The notes beneath the pieces are model-generated. The model ran no database searches. It worked only from the letters and a program-made list of their open reading frames with translations, and had not been told where the DNA came from. From positions 2,981 through 66,980 of the forward strand of contig CALEUX010000035.1 in the NCBI GenBank assembly GCA_937920475.1: a stretch of DNA of 64,000 bases. Reading direction: 5' to 3'. Within the stretch, counting starts at the first letter, position 1. Each line of letters opens with the position of its first letter. This DNA comes from an uncultured Marinilabiliaceae bacterium (GTDB lineage: Bacteria; Bacteroidota; Bacteroidia; Bacteroidales; Marinilabiliaceae). A program made the translations under genes and the position numbers. Positions 9,003 to 19,178 of the stretch are shown here, in pieces.

Positions 9003-9925
9003 TATTCAAGTTTTTCGTGCTCGCCTTCTGATTTTGCTTCGCGTTTTAAAAGCAACATACAACCGGTAAAAACGACTATACTAACAAATACCATCCAGGT
9101 AGCATAACCGGTAGCTTCAATTTCCATTGGGTTAATGTCGGGTTGAAAGGCCCGGTAGTAATAAAAAATCACCAGCGACAGCAAATTATTCATAAAATGT
9201 CCAACCATCGGATACCATATGTTTTTTCCATAAACTAAAAGATATCCCAACATAATTCCTAAGAAGAACCTGGGCAGAAATGTAAAAAACTGCAAATGCA
9301 TGGCGCTGAATAAAAACGCTGTAATCCAAACAGCCCAGTGCTGGCTCTTGGTCCATTGAGCTATAACCGGTTGTATGGCCCCTCTGAACAGCATCTCTTC
9401 ACCCAGGGCCGGTATAATAACAAAAATAACCAGATTGGATAAAATGGAAGCTACTGACCTGGTGTCAAGGAATTGAAATACAAGTTGATTGATGGTGCTT
9501 TCTGTGTTTTTCATCCAAACCTCCAAAAACGCCAGATATTCTGGGAGAGTAAGTTCGGCATTGATTTTAGCCAGATAGGCCACAAATGGCTGACAAACAA
9601 TAAAAATCAATGCTGAAATTAGAATCAGGCTCAGTTTTGTTTTTTTAAACCCCATCCATCTCCATGGTTGGTTAGAAAAAAGCCATGCCACTGCTATGGA
9701 GGGAATTATAAAAATGGAGATACTCTGAACCGCCTGAATGTATTTAAGAAAAGCGATTGAGGCTCCGGCTCCTGAAACCAACGCTTTTAAGGCTGTAATA
9801 CCGGTAAAGGGAATTGCTAATACAATAAATACTAATGTAAATATGGAGGACAAACCCACTACCATAGCCAATATCAGTAATAATTTGGTAAACGGAGTAA
9901 GGTTTGATAAAGAAGCTTTAATCAT
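8990..9925 (-). CDS. CPBP family intramembrane glutamic endopeptidase (CAAX protease-like)
   Basis: Polytopic membrane protein with the CPBP motifs EEMLFRG, FSAMH and HFMNN. Confidence 0.8.
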   Translation of the reverse strand: MIKASLSNLTPFTKLLLILAMVVGLSSIFTLVFIVLAIPFTGITALKALVSGAGASIAFLKYIQAVQSISIFIIPSIAVAWLFSNQPWRWMGFKKTKLSLILISALIFIVCQPFVAYLAKINAELTLPEYLAFLEVWMKNTESTINQLVFQFLDTRSVASILSNLVIFVIIPALGEEMLFRGAIQPVIAQWTKSQHWAVWITAFLFSAMHLQFFTFLPRFFLGIMLGYLLVYGKNIWYPMVGHFMNNLLSLVIFYYYRAFQPDINPMEIEATGYATWMVFVSIVVFTGCMLLLKREAKSEGEHEKLEYHET

Positions 9926-9940
9926 AAGGCATAGAAACTG

Positions 9941-10160
9941 TTTAAATTTAATTTACTGTTTTTATTAAAGACTATTAGAAATTTAGACAATAGACAGATA
10001 GATTAGACTTAAAAGATTAAATAGACAAAGATGATACTTTGAATTGATTGAAATTGTTAACTATTTAGTTTTTTCTTATGTCTAATCCCGATTCTCGGGA
10101 CTTCGTTACACTGCGAGTCTTGTGTCTACTACAAATTTTTAAGTTATCAATTTTAAACAG
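9941..10160. repeat. Imperfect palindromic word-repeat element, copy A (TAGAC arm / GTCTA arm, TGTCTAATCCCGAT core)
   Basis: Left arm has TAGAC at 9984, 9991, 10004 and 10022. Right arm has GTCTA at 10080 and 10124. GATTAGACTTAAAAG (10001-10015) is complementary to CTTATGTCTAATC (10075-10087), and AAATTTAGAC (9981-) is complementary to GTCTACTACAAATTT (-10137). The outer ends CTGTTTAAATTT (9941) and TTTTAAACAG (10153) are inverted. The 14-mer TGTCTAATCCCGAT (10079-10092) recurs at 57542-57555. Confidence 0.55.
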
Positions 10161-10509
10161 CTACATAATTTTGAAATGTAAAAATAGCAGATTTTTCATC
10201 CGAACAAAATTGTTTTTTATGGTACGATTGGCTACCACTATTTATTTTGTGAACTCGCATTTGTTCATATAATGCATGTTCGCCTCCGGCAGAGACTCAT
10301 TTTATAATGTAAGTTGTTATCCAGGAAACATTATAACAACCAAATCGTCCGCATACGTACACTCCTCGTCCCAAAAACAGACATTTATCATTTTAATTAA
10401 AAAAAGCGTTTTGGGTTATAATGTGTTATTATTTAACATGTAACATTTTTTGGTCTAATCATTGTTATGTGATACAAATATATTTTGAAAACAGAAAAAC
10501 CCCTTCACA

Positions 10510-11238
10510 ATGAGCAAGAGCATAATCAGGGTAGAATCGTTACACAAATCCTATGTAACCGGAAGTAACTCTCTTCATGTACTTAAGGGAATCAATCTGG
10601 ATATTCAGCAGGGCGAAATGGTCAGTATTATGGGATCATCAGGCTCAGGCAAATCTACGTTGCTGAATATTTTAGGTATTCTCGACAATTATGATGCCGG
10701 CGGGTACTACCTGGATGGAATTCACATTCAAAAAATGAGTGAAACCCGTGCCGCCCAATACCGAAACAAATACATCGGTTTTGTGTTTCAGTCGTTTAAT
10801 CTTATTTCGTTTAAAAATGCCATGGAAAATGTGGCCTTGCCATTGTATTACCAAGGCATCCGACGAAAAAAGAGAAATCAGATTGCCCTGGAATACCTTG
10901 ATCGTCTCGGATTAAAAGACTGGGCAGAACATTTACCATCCGAATTATCCGGAGGACAAAAACAACGTGTTGCCATTGCACGTGCACTAATATCCAAGCC
11001 AAAAATAATTTTAGCCGATGAGCCTACCGGTGCCCTCGATTCACAAACGTCACTCGAAGTTATGGAAATCCTGAAAGATGTTAATAACACCGGTATATCA
11101 ATCATTATCGTTACCCACGAAAACGATATTGCCGAGCGAACCCAACGAATTATCCGTTTAAAAGATGGCATAATAGAAACCGATAAGAAAAACGGGAATG
11201 CAAAAAAGCAGATTACTGAAAGTGTAATTATTCCATAA
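10510..11238 (+). CDS. ABC transporter ATP-binding protein (MacB/LolD-type)
   Basis: Walker A GSSGSGKST, signature LSGGQKQRVAIARAL and Walker B ILADEPTGALD. Confidence 0.92.
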   Translation: MSKSIIRVESLHKSYVTGSNSLHVLKGINLDIQQGEMVSIMGSSGSGKSTLLNILGILDNYDAGGYYLDGIHIQKMSETRAAQYRNKYIGFVFQSFNLISFKNAMENVALPLYYQGIRRKKRNQIALEYLDRLGLKDWAEHLPSELSGGQKQRVAIARALISKPKIILADEPTGALDSQTSLEVMEILKDVNNTGISIIIVTHENDIAERTQRIIRLKDGIIETDKKNGNAKKQITESVIIP

Positions 11239-11249
11239 CCTTTTGTACC

Positions 11250-12497
11250 ATGTTAGATTATTTTGAAGAAATACTATCTACCCTGCGCCAGAATAAACTG
11301 CGGGCCATTATGACCGGGTTCAGCGTAGCATGGGGGATTTTTATGCTCATCATTCTTTTAGGGTCGGGCAGAGGGTTGCAAAATGGTATGGAGTTTAATT
11401 TCAGGGGTTCTGCAACCAATGCCATTTGGATAAACAGCGGTGAAACTGCCGAATCGTTCGAAGGTTTTCGCAAAGGCCGGCGCATACAGTTTACCAACGA
11501 GGACTACGATATGATTAAGCGTGAGCTCTCAGGTATCAGCAATATTTCGGGTCGTATGTATTTATACAACAGCGCTCCTTTAACCTATAAAAACGAGTTT
11601 GGAGTTTACACCATAACCTGCGTTATGCCCGAATATATGGGAATTGAGATTCTCGACATGAAACGGGGGCGATTTATTAACAAAATTGATATTGACCAGT
11701 TTCGTAAAGTAATTGTTCTATCGCAACCAATAGTTGATATCCTCTTTAAGGATGAAGACCCAATGGGGAAGTTTATTAAGGTCGGAAGTATTCAATTTCA
11801 GGTGGTTGGCATTTTTCAGGATTACCAGCAAGCTGATGCTAAAAAAGTTTTTCTGCCCTTATCTACCGCTCAAAGAGTTTTTAATGGCGGAAACCGCATT
11901 CGTAACCTAGCTGTAACAACAACCTCTACCACCGTTGAAGAAAACAAAAAAATTGAAGAAGAAATACGTAAAATGCTGGCGCGTCGCCACCGGTTTGCCG
12001 AAAACGACTCAAAAGCCATTTTTATTTGGAATACACTCGAGCATTTTAAACAGGCCCAGGGCGTTTTTGCCGGTATCCGAATGTTTGTGTGGATAATAGG
12101 CATTATGACCATCATTGCCGGAATAGTTGGCGTTAGCAATATAATGATCATCCTGGTAAAAGAGCGAACCAAAGAAATAGGCATCCGAAAAGCCATTGGC
12201 GCTACTCCCTGGAGCATTATTCGTCTGGTTTTGTCCGAATCAGTTTTTATTACCGCCATTGCCGGTTTCTTCGGAATGTTGTTTGGAATGGGCGTACTTC
12301 ATTTGGTCAATATGGTATTGGTTTCAGCAGCTGAGGGTAACCCAATGGTTAATCGCATTTTCTACAATCCATCGGCCGATTTCAGTGTAGCTGTAACTGC
12401 CGCCATTGTGTTGGTATTAGCCGGACTGATGGCCGGATTTATACCCGCCCGTAAAGCTTCAGCCATTAAACCCATTGAGGCCTTGCACGATGAGTAG
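11250..12497 (+). CDS. ABC transporter permease (MacB_PCD + FtsX domains)
   Basis: N-terminal TM, periplasmic domain, and a C-terminal FtsX-type 3-TM block with the ERTKEIGIRKAIGA motif. Confidence 0.85.
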   Translation: MLDYFEEILSTLRQNKLRAIMTGFSVAWGIFMLIILLGSGRGLQNGMEFNFRGSATNAIWINSGETAESFEGFRKGRRIQFTNEDYDMIKRELSGISNISGRMYLYNSAPLTYKNEFGVYTITCVMPEYMGIEILDMKRGRFINKIDIDQFRKVIVLSQPIVDILFKDEDPMGKFIKVGSIQFQVVGIFQDYQQADAKKVFLPLSTAQRVFNGGNRIRNLAVTTTSTTVEENKKIEEEIRKMLARRHRFAENDSKAIFIWNTLEHFKQAQGVFAGIRMFVWIIGIMTIIAGIVGVSNIMIILVKERTKEIGIRKAIGATPWSIIRLVLSESVFITAIAGFFGMLFGMGVLHLVNMVLVSAAEGNPMVNRIFYNPSADFSVAVTAAIVLVLAGLMAGFIPARKASAIKPIEALHDE

Positions 12498-12640
12498 TCA
12501 ATATCCGTGCCAAATGAATGATTAATAGCTAAAAGGATTTGTACCAGTGAGGTTCGTAGTTGAAAAGTAACTTGATGATAGAAGTTAATTTGATGGACTC
12601 TGTTTGTTATTTCTTAGTGATTACATAAAAAGCAAATAAA

Positions 12641-13921
12641 GTGTTTGACAAGGATCGTTGGCAGGAAATATTTTCTGCAATAAAAAAGAACAAGCTTCGA
12701 AGTGTGCTAACAGCCTTTGGAGTTTTTTGGGGCATCTTTATGCTGGTAGTCATGACCGGTTCGGGTAATGGCCTGGTTAACGGTATTACTGCCGGAGTTC
12801 AGGATTTTGCTACCAACAGTGCCTTTGTTTGGACTCAAAATACTACCAAACCTTATAAAGGCTTTAAGCAAGGCCGCTGGTGGAGTTTTAATAACCAGGA
12901 CATGAAAGCCATCCGCGATCAGGTTCCCGAGGTTGATGTAATTGCACCACGCTTGCAAGGCTGGGATATATCGCGTGGCGAAAACGTTGTTCGCGGATTG
13001 CGTACCGGAGGTTTTTCGGTTAATGGCGACTATCCTGCCTACAATCTTATCGACCCAAGTGTTATGGTGTATGGACGATTTATTAATGAGGTGGATATTC
13101 TTCACAAACGCAAGGTGTGCATTATTGGTGAGCGTGTTTACGAAGTAATGTTCGATAAGGATGAAGACCCGGTGGGCCAATATCTGAGAGTAAATGGTGT
13201 TTATTTTATGGTGGTAGGCGTGTTTCGCTCCAAAAATCCCAATATCAATATTGGCAGCAATAAAAAGGAGAGCATTTATCTGCCATTTACAACCATGCAG
13301 CAAACTTTCAATTATGGCGATCAGGTACATTACTTTGGTTTTACCGCAAAAAAAGGCGTAAGCGTTGAAAAAACTGCCGACAAGGTAAAGGAGTTGTTAA
13401 AAAGAAACCATTCGGTTTCACCCGAAGATAAGGATGCCGTTGGACACGTAAATGTTGAAGAACAGGTTAAAACCATGAGTTACCTGTTTATCGGTATAAA
13501 CATGCTGATATGGATAGTGGGTATTGGAACACTTATAGCCGGTGCAGTGGGAATCAGTAACATTATGTTGGTTATAGTGCGCGAACGAACAAAAGAAATT
13601 GGCATTCAGCGTGCCATTGGTGCCCGACCTTGGACCATCATCAGCCAGATTTTAACTGAATCGGTCTTTCTTACTACCATTGCCGGTTTTATTGGACTGG
13701 CTTTTGGCACCCTGGTGCTGCACGCTGTTGATATGGCCTTGATTCAGGCTGCTGCAGCCAATACAGCCGAAGATGGAACTTTTTTTAAAAATCCTGAAAT
13801 TGGGTTAGGTATGGCAATAGCATCATTAATAATTCTAATAATTACCGGATTAATTGCCGGTTTGATTCCGGCTCAAAAAGCAGTTCGAATTAAACCTATT
13901 GAAGCCTTAAGACATGAATAG
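12641..13921 (+). CDS. ABC transporter permease (MacB_PCD + FtsX domains), paralog of the preceding gene; GTG start
   Basis: Same architecture as the preceding permease, with ERTKEIGIQRAIGA. The first codon is GTG at 12641. Confidence 0.85.
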   Translation: MFDKDRWQEIFSAIKKNKLRSVLTAFGVFWGIFMLVVMTGSGNGLVNGITAGVQDFATNSAFVWTQNTTKPYKGFKQGRWWSFNNQDMKAIRDQVPEVDVIAPRLQGWDISRGENVVRGLRTGGFSVNGDYPAYNLIDPSVMVYGRFINEVDILHKRKVCIIGERVYEVMFDKDEDPVGQYLRVNGVYFMVVGVFRSKNPNINIGSNKKESIYLPFTTMQQTFNYGDQVHYFGFTAKKGVSVEKTADKVKELLKRNHSVSPEDKDAVGHVNVEEQVKTMSYLFIGINMLIWIVGIGTLIAGAVGISNIMLVIVRERTKEIGIQRAIGARPWTIISQILTESVFLTTIAGFIGLAFGTLVLHAVDMALIQAAAANTAEDGTFFKNPEIGLGMAIASLIILIITGLIAGLIPAQKAVRIKPIEALRHE

Positions 13922-13980
13922 GGCTTAAAATGAGAGTTATAATATAGAATGAAAAATAACCTGTCAAAATATGATTAACC

Positions 13981-15063
13981 ATGAAGAAGTTTATTAAGTT
14001 TTTGTTACTGTTTGTTTTTGTGGCACTTGTGCTTTGGGTATTCGTTTACCTGTATAAAAAGTCAAAAACAGAACCGGTTGTATTCGAAACCGAATTACCA
14101 CAAACCATAAACATTATAAAGAAAACAGTGGCCACCGGCTCAGTGGTGCCACGTAAGGAGATTGCCATTAAGCCTCAGGAGTCGGGTATTATTACTGAAA
14201 TTTTTGTAAATCCCGGCGATATGGTGAAGCAGGGCGATTTATTAGCCCGTATTCAAATTATACCTGAAATGATTCAGGTGAATGATGCCGAAAACCGTTT
14301 GAAAAAATCGAAACTTGAGTTCGAAAACGCACGAATTGAGTACGAACGTAAAAAGGACCTTTACGAAAACAGGGTAATTGCACTATCTGAATTTCAGGCT
14401 GAGGAACTCCGTTTCAACACCCGGCGCGAAGATATGGAAACTGCCGAAAATCATCTTAACCTTATTCGCGAAGGTGTAACAAAGAAAATGGGTGCACAAA
14501 CCAATACGCTTATTCGCTCAACCATTGAGGGTATGGTGCTGGATGTGCCGGTTAAGGAAGGAAACTCTGTAATTAAAAGTAATGCATTTAACGATGGTAC
14601 CACCATTGCCATTGTTGCCGATATGGCTGAAATGATTTTCCAGGGCAATGTGGATGAAACTGAAGTTGGGAAGGTAAAGGAGGGCATGCATTTACTGTTA
14701 ACCATTGGTGCTCTCGAAAGCGAGTCGTTCGATGCTTACCTGGAATATATTTCCCCAAAGGGGAAGGAAGCCAACGGCGCCATCCAGTTCGAAATTAAAG
14801 CTGCTGTTAAGCTGAAAGAAAACCAGTTCATAAGGGCCGGTTACAGCGCCAATGCCGACATTGTGCTCGACCGTCGCGACAGCGTTCTGGCTGTGAGTGA
14901 AAAAGTACTTCAATTCAGCAACGATTCAGTTTTTGTTGAAATTGAAACCAATCCACAAATTTTCGAAAAGCGTCTGGTTAAAACCGGTTTGTCTGATGGT
15001 ATCAACATTGAGGTGGTTGAAGGCGTTGCAACAGGCGAAAAAATAAAAATTCCCAAAATATAA
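13981..15063 (+). CDS. Efflux transporter periplasmic adaptor subunit (HlyD/MacA family)
   Basis: N-terminal TM anchor, a lipoyl-like segment (GDMVKQGDLLARI), a coiled-coil hairpin, and beta-barrel/MPD regions. Confidence 0.85.
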   Translation: MKKFIKFLLLFVFVALVLWVFVYLYKKSKTEPVVFETELPQTINIIKKTVATGSVVPRKEIAIKPQESGIITEIFVNPGDMVKQGDLLARIQIIPEMIQVNDAENRLKKSKLEFENARIEYERKKDLYENRVIALSEFQAEELRFNTRREDMETAENHLNLIREGVTKKMGAQTNTLIRSTIEGMVLDVPVKEGNSVIKSNAFNDGTTIAIVADMAEMIFQGNVDETEVGKVKEGMHLLLTIGALESESFDAYLEYISPKGKEANGAIQFEIKAAVKLKENQFIRAGYSANADIVLDRRDSVLAVSEKVLQFSNDSVFVEIETNPQIFEKRLVKTGLSDGINIEVVEGVATGEKIKIPKI

Positions 15064-15167
15064 TTGATTTGTTCTGACGTTTGTTTTCAACTAAATGGGC
15101 TTGCCTGTTTTGCCCAAGTAAAACTGGCAGGCCCTTTTTAATTTACCCGAAAAAAGAAAAAAACTAT

Positions 15168-16499
15168 ATGAAGCGGATATCACTACTTCTGACTGTTGCA
15201 TTTACAATAGCCACGGGCTTTGTTCAGGCCCAGGGCAATCAGACCTGGAGTCTCGAAAAATGTATCATCTATGCTCAGGAGAATAATCTGGCCATAAAGC
15301 AACGGGCTTTAGGAGCCGATTACGCCAAAAACCAATATCAGCAAAAGAAAACTGACCTTTTGCCCAATCTTAATGCCAATTCTGGTCATACAGTCAGGAT
15401 GGGGCGTGTAAGAAATGAAACCAACTTCCAGATAAACGATGTAACTACCAGTTTTACCGATTTATCCATTAGTTCTTCCACGCCTGTTTTTGAGGGGTTT
15501 ACCCGCAGGAATACCATTGAAAAAAATCATGTTGACTGGCAGGCGGCTGTAAAGGAGGTTGAAAAGGCTCGCAACGATTTATCGCTCAACATTGCGGCGC
15601 TGTATTTGCAAATTTTGTTTGATAAGGAATTGCTTGCTGCTGCACGGTCGCAGCTGGAAGTGGTTAATCTTCAGGTTGAGCGCACCCAAAGTCTGGTATC
15701 AGCAGGCAGTTTGCCCGAAGGCAGTTTGCTCGAAATAAAGGCTCAGGCATCCCGCGAAGCGCTGAATGTAACCCGTCTTGAGAATAGTCTGTCTTTATCG
15801 TTGCTCGATTTGGCACAGGCGCTGGATCTCGAAAATTATGAAGGATTTGACATTGTCACACCCGAAATAGACGACATTTCTGGTTTTGCATTGGTTGATG
15901 CAAATCAGGCTTATGCCTATTCAGTTACTACTATGCCTCAGATTGCTGCATCGGAGATGAAACTGAAATCAAGCGAACTTGATCTTAAAATTGCAAAAGG
16001 TTATCAATGGCCACGGTTAACATTTTCTACAGGGTGGGGAACTTCTGTTCCAAAAGTTAAGGGAGAGCCTGATTTTAACTTTAACCGACGTTTCAAAGAT
16101 AACGCCACTACCTATTATGGGGTTAATTTGTCTATCCCAATTTTTAATGGGTTTGCAGTAAAAACCGGCATTAAAAATGCTCAGATTGGCATTTTGAACT
16201 CCCAGTACGAATTGGAACGACAAAAGCAGTTTCTACGCAAAGAAATTCAGCAGGCCAATGCCGATGCTCAGGCTGCATTACGTCAGTATCAGGCCGGTCG
16301 CTCGGCTGTTGATTCTTACACAGAGTCATTCCGATACACCGAGAAACGGTTCAGTGTTGGTATGTTAAACTCAGTTGATTACAACGTTGCCAAAACGGAG
16401 CTCATCAGGGCGCAATCAGAATACATACAGGCAAAATACGCCTATATTTTACGAACAAAAATTCTTGATTTCTATATGGGAAAACCCATTGTTTTGTAG
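15168..16499 (+). CDS. TolC family outer-membrane efflux protein
   Basis: Signal peptide MKRISLLLTVAFTIATGFVQAQ, then two OEP repeats. Start placed at ATG 15168 instead of the TTG at 15081. Confidence 0.85.
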   Translation: MKRISLLLTVAFTIATGFVQAQGNQTWSLEKCIIYAQENNLAIKQRALGADYAKNQYQQKKTDLLPNLNANSGHTVRMGRVRNETNFQINDVTTSFTDLSISSSTPVFEGFTRRNTIEKNHVDWQAAVKEVEKARNDLSLNIAALYLQILFDKELLAAARSQLEVVNLQVERTQSLVSAGSLPEGSLLEIKAQASREALNVTRLENSLSLSLLDLAQALDLENYEGFDIVTPEIDDISGFALVDANQAYAYSVTTMPQIAASEMKLKSSELDLKIAKGYQWPRLTFSTGWGTSVPKVKGEPDFNFNRRFKDNATTYYGVNLSIPIFNGFAVKTGIKNAQIGILNSQYELERQKQFLRKEIQQANADAQAALRQYQAGRSAVDSYTESFRYTEKRFSVGMLNSVDYNVAKTELIRAQSEYIQAKYAYILRTKILDFYMGKPIVL

Positions 16500-16553
16500 T
16501 TTTTAGGGTTTGGTTTGTTATTCCGGCAGGGGTGCCGGAATGGTTTGGTTAAA

Positions 16554-16595
16554 GCGCCTTCTTTTTTAACGAAAAGGGAAGGCGTTTTTCTTTTG
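16554..16595 (+). terminator. Rho-independent terminator after the efflux operon
   Basis: Stem CGCCTTC/GAAGGCG followed by TTTTTCTTTT. A second hairpin TTCCGGCA/TGCCGGAA sits at 16521-16540. Confidence 0.6.
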
Positions 16596-16630
16596 CATTG
16601 GTTATTTTTGCATAAATTAATTTTGCTGCA

Positions 16631-17332
16631 ATGGCTTTAATTCTTTGTATTGAAACATCTACCAATATATGTTCTGTGGCTCTAAGTGAGAATGGACAAT
16701 TATTGGCATCGTTCGAGGAACGCGAAGCCAATTCGCACGCTGCCTTATTAACAGTGCTCATTGAACGGTTGATGGCTCAAAGTAGCAAGGCTATGAGCGA
16801 TTTGGATGCTGTGGCAGTTAGCAGTGGTCCGGGATCATACACTGGTTTACGTATTGGCGTATCGGTTGCTAAAGGAATTTGTTATGCACTTCATAAGCCA
16901 CTTATAGCCATTCCTTCGCTTCAAATTTTAGCTGCCGGAGTTTGGTTATCCGAAATTACTCGTGATTCAGATAAGAAAACTTTAATTTGCTCCATGATTG
17001 ATGCCCGTAGAATGGAAGTTTATTCCGCTTTGTATAATGTGAACTTAACTCTGGCAGGTGAAATAAAGGCAGAAATAATTGATGACCAAAGCTACAGCAA
17101 AGAGCTTGAAAAGAATAGTATTATTTTTGCCGGTAATGGAGCGCAAAAATGCAAAGATTTTATCCATCATCCCAAGGCTGTCTTTTTAGATGGGGTTAAT
17201 CCACTTGCTTCGCAAATGGCCAAACTGGCTTTTTGCGCATTTGAAGATAAAAAATTTGAAAGTGTAGCCTATTTTGAACCCTTTTATCTGAAAGATTTTA
17301 TTGCAACCATCCCTAAAAGGAAAGTGTTTTAG
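16631..17332 (+). CDS. tsaB: tRNA t6A37 biosynthesis protein TsaB
   Basis: ILCIETSTNICSVAL... and GPGSYTGLRIGVSVAKG are typical of TsaB (YeaZ). Confidence 0.85.
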   Translation: MALILCIETSTNICSVALSENGQLLASFEEREANSHAALLTVLIERLMAQSSKAMSDLDAVAVSSGPGSYTGLRIGVSVAKGICYALHKPLIAIPSLQILAAGVWLSEITRDSDKKTLICSMIDARRMEVYSALYNVNLTLAGEIKAEIIDDQSYSKELEKNSIIFAGNGAQKCKDFIHHPKAVFLDGVNPLASQMAKLAFCAFEDKKFESVAYFEPFYLKDFIATIPKRKVF

Positions 17333-17724
17333 GGAAGCGTTTTTATAGAAATTTAGCGTCAACTTTATAAATGCCAACATTTGAAAACTTTTCCTGTTAA
17401 TAGCATGCTTCGGTTCGGGAGGAAAGGTGAAATTTTCTGTACAGTTTATGAATAACCAAGACATTTTTTACTTATCTAACGCTGTTTTTTGTAAATAATA
17501 AACAGCAATAAATCAGGTTAAAAGAATAAATTTTAAATGCGTCTCATCTGTTTTGAAACAAGAAAGGCCCCAAAATTGTATAACTGTTCTGTGAAGAGTT
17601 TGTATATTTCTTAAATTGATTTTGGAAGTATTAAAACAACAGGTATTTAAACAGGATTCACCAGTGTTTGTTTAATTTATCAGTAATGCTGGTTCCGATT
17701 GTATTAACGAAAAAAGTTGCAAAC

Positions 17725-18522
17725 ATGAGAACGTCATTGAAATATTTTTTAATCCTTATTATGGGAGGGTTATTAATTGGATTTTCAGAATCCAAGGCGC
17801 AAAAACCGGTAGCCCGGCCAGCTTATGGTCATGGTGAGGAACTTCATTATGTCATGTCGTATGGTATAATTACAGGAGGGCGAGGCGTTCTCTCGGTTCG
17901 CGATACCGTATTGAATGGACGAAAAGTGCAACACATGGTTGGATCTGCACACACAGTTGGTTTAGCCGATGCTGTTTATAAAATTCGCGATAAGTATGAA
18001 AGCTTTGTGGATGTTAAAACCGATTTGCCGGTTAAATCCATCCGTAATATTCGTGAGGGCCGGTACCGCTATTATAATGAGGTTTTGTATCAACATGGCC
18101 CCGACAGTACTAAAATTATTAGTCAACGCTCTGGCGAAAAATATGTGGCGCCCAATATTTACGACATTGTTTCGGCATTTTACATTGCCCGAAAGAATCA
18201 CTTCAACGATTCTATGGTAAAAGGCCAGGTAATTGAATTTGTCACTTATTTTTCCGATAAAGAGTATCCGTTAAGAATTCGTTATCGGGGAATTGAAACC
18301 ATCAATACAAAATTCGGAAAGCTGGAGTGTTATAAATTCTCACCGGTAACCGAAGTTGGGCGCTCCTTTAAAACCGAAGACGACATGCATGTTTGGATTA
18401 CCCGCGATCAAAACCGAATTCCGGTGCGCATCAAATTTAATTTGGTAGTAGGGTCATTCACCTGCGATTTGGAGCAGTTTCGTGGTTTGCAAAATCCGTT
18501 TTCCAGCTTTGTTCCAAAGTAA
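17725..18522 (+). CDS. DUF3108 domain protein (secreted)
   Basis: Signal peptide after M at 17725. The GEELHYVMSYGIITGG... pattern is typical of DUF3108. Confidence 0.7.
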   Translation: MRTSLKYFLILIMGGLLIGFSESKAQKPVARPAYGHGEELHYVMSYGIITGGRGVLSVRDTVLNGRKVQHMVGSAHTVGLADAVYKIRDKYESFVDVKTDLPVKSIRNIREGRYRYYNEVLYQHGPDSTKIISQRSGEKYVAPNIYDIVSAFYIARKNHFNDSMVKGQVIEFVTYFSDKEYPLRIRYRGIETINTKFGKLECYKFSPVTEVGRSFKTEDDMHVWITRDQNRIPVRIKFNLVVGSFTCDLEQFRGLQNPFSSFVPK

Positions 18523-18608
18523 TTAACAACCATAAATTGTGTATATTTCATTGTTTTGCATTATTTTTGCCCCAGAATTTTTAAAATAAACCGAGACGTT
18601 TAATTAAT

Positions 18609-19178
18609 ATGGCAACAACAGCAGATTTTAGGAATGGAATGTGTATTGAATTTAATGGTCAGCTTTTTACCATTGTTCAGTTTCAGCATGTAAAACCAGG
18701 GAAAGGGCCGGCATTTGTACGCACCAAATTGAAAAATATTTCTACAGGTCGCGTAATTGAAAACACATTTACATCGGGAGTAAAAGTTAACGAAGCCCGC
18801 GTTGAGCATAGGCCTCACCAGTTTTTATATAAAGATGACCTGGGGTATAACCTCATGAATCTTGAGACTTTTGAGCAGTTTGCTGTAAGCGAGAATTTAT
18901 TCGAATCACCAGAATTATTGCGCGATGGTCAGGAAGTTGATTTAGTATACCATGTTGACTCTGAAACACCACTTTTGGTTAATCTTCCACAGTTTATTGT
19001 GTACGAAGTAACTTATACCGAGCCCGGTGTTAGAGGTGATACTTCTTCAACCAATTCATTAAAGCCAGCTACCATTGATACAGGTGCTACCATTATGGTT
19101 CCACTGTTTGTAAATACTGGCGATAAAATTAAAGTTGATACCACCGAGAAAGCTTACGTTGAAAGAGCGCGTGAGTAA
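18609..19178 (+). CDS. efp: Elongation factor P
   Basis: FQHVKPGKGPAFVRTKLKN with the conserved KPGKG loop. 189 aa. Confidence 0.95.
   Translation: MATTADFRNGMCIEFNGQLFTIVQFQHVKPGKGPAFVRTKLKNISTGRVIENTFTSGVKVNEARVEHRPHQFLYKDDLGYNLMNLETFEQFAVSENLFESPELLRDGQEVDLVYHVDSETPLLVNLPQFIVYEVTYTEPGVRGDTSSTNSLKPATIDTGATIMVPLFVNTGDKIKVDTTEKAYVERARE

Noticed and set aside
10078-10272. 64-aa ORF in the CPBP/macB intergenic region
   Set aside because: It starts inside the right arm of the palindromic repeat element and is low-complexity and AT-rich with no coding signature.
12707-13330. 207-aa ORF antisense to the second ABC permease gene
   Set aside because: It lies entirely inside a well-supported FtsX/MacB permease CDS on the opposite strand, has odd composition, and has no recognisable motifs. 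It is a typical shadow ORF. The same applies to 11870-12259, 10878-11171, 4156-4443, 4987-5322, 6443-6736, 22662-23042, 24969-25418, 29253-29546, 54567-54989, 59415-59720, 60169-60471 and 61419-61805.
15081-15167. N-terminal extension of the TolC-family ORF from a TTG at 15081
   Set aside because: The extension overlaps a hairpin/T-run after the adaptor gene and lacks signal-peptide character. The ATG at 15168 is followed by a canonical signal peptide.
16549-16761. 70-aa minus-strand ORF overlapping the tsaB start
   Set aside because: It is antisense to tsaB and covers the efflux-operon terminator region, with no coding features.
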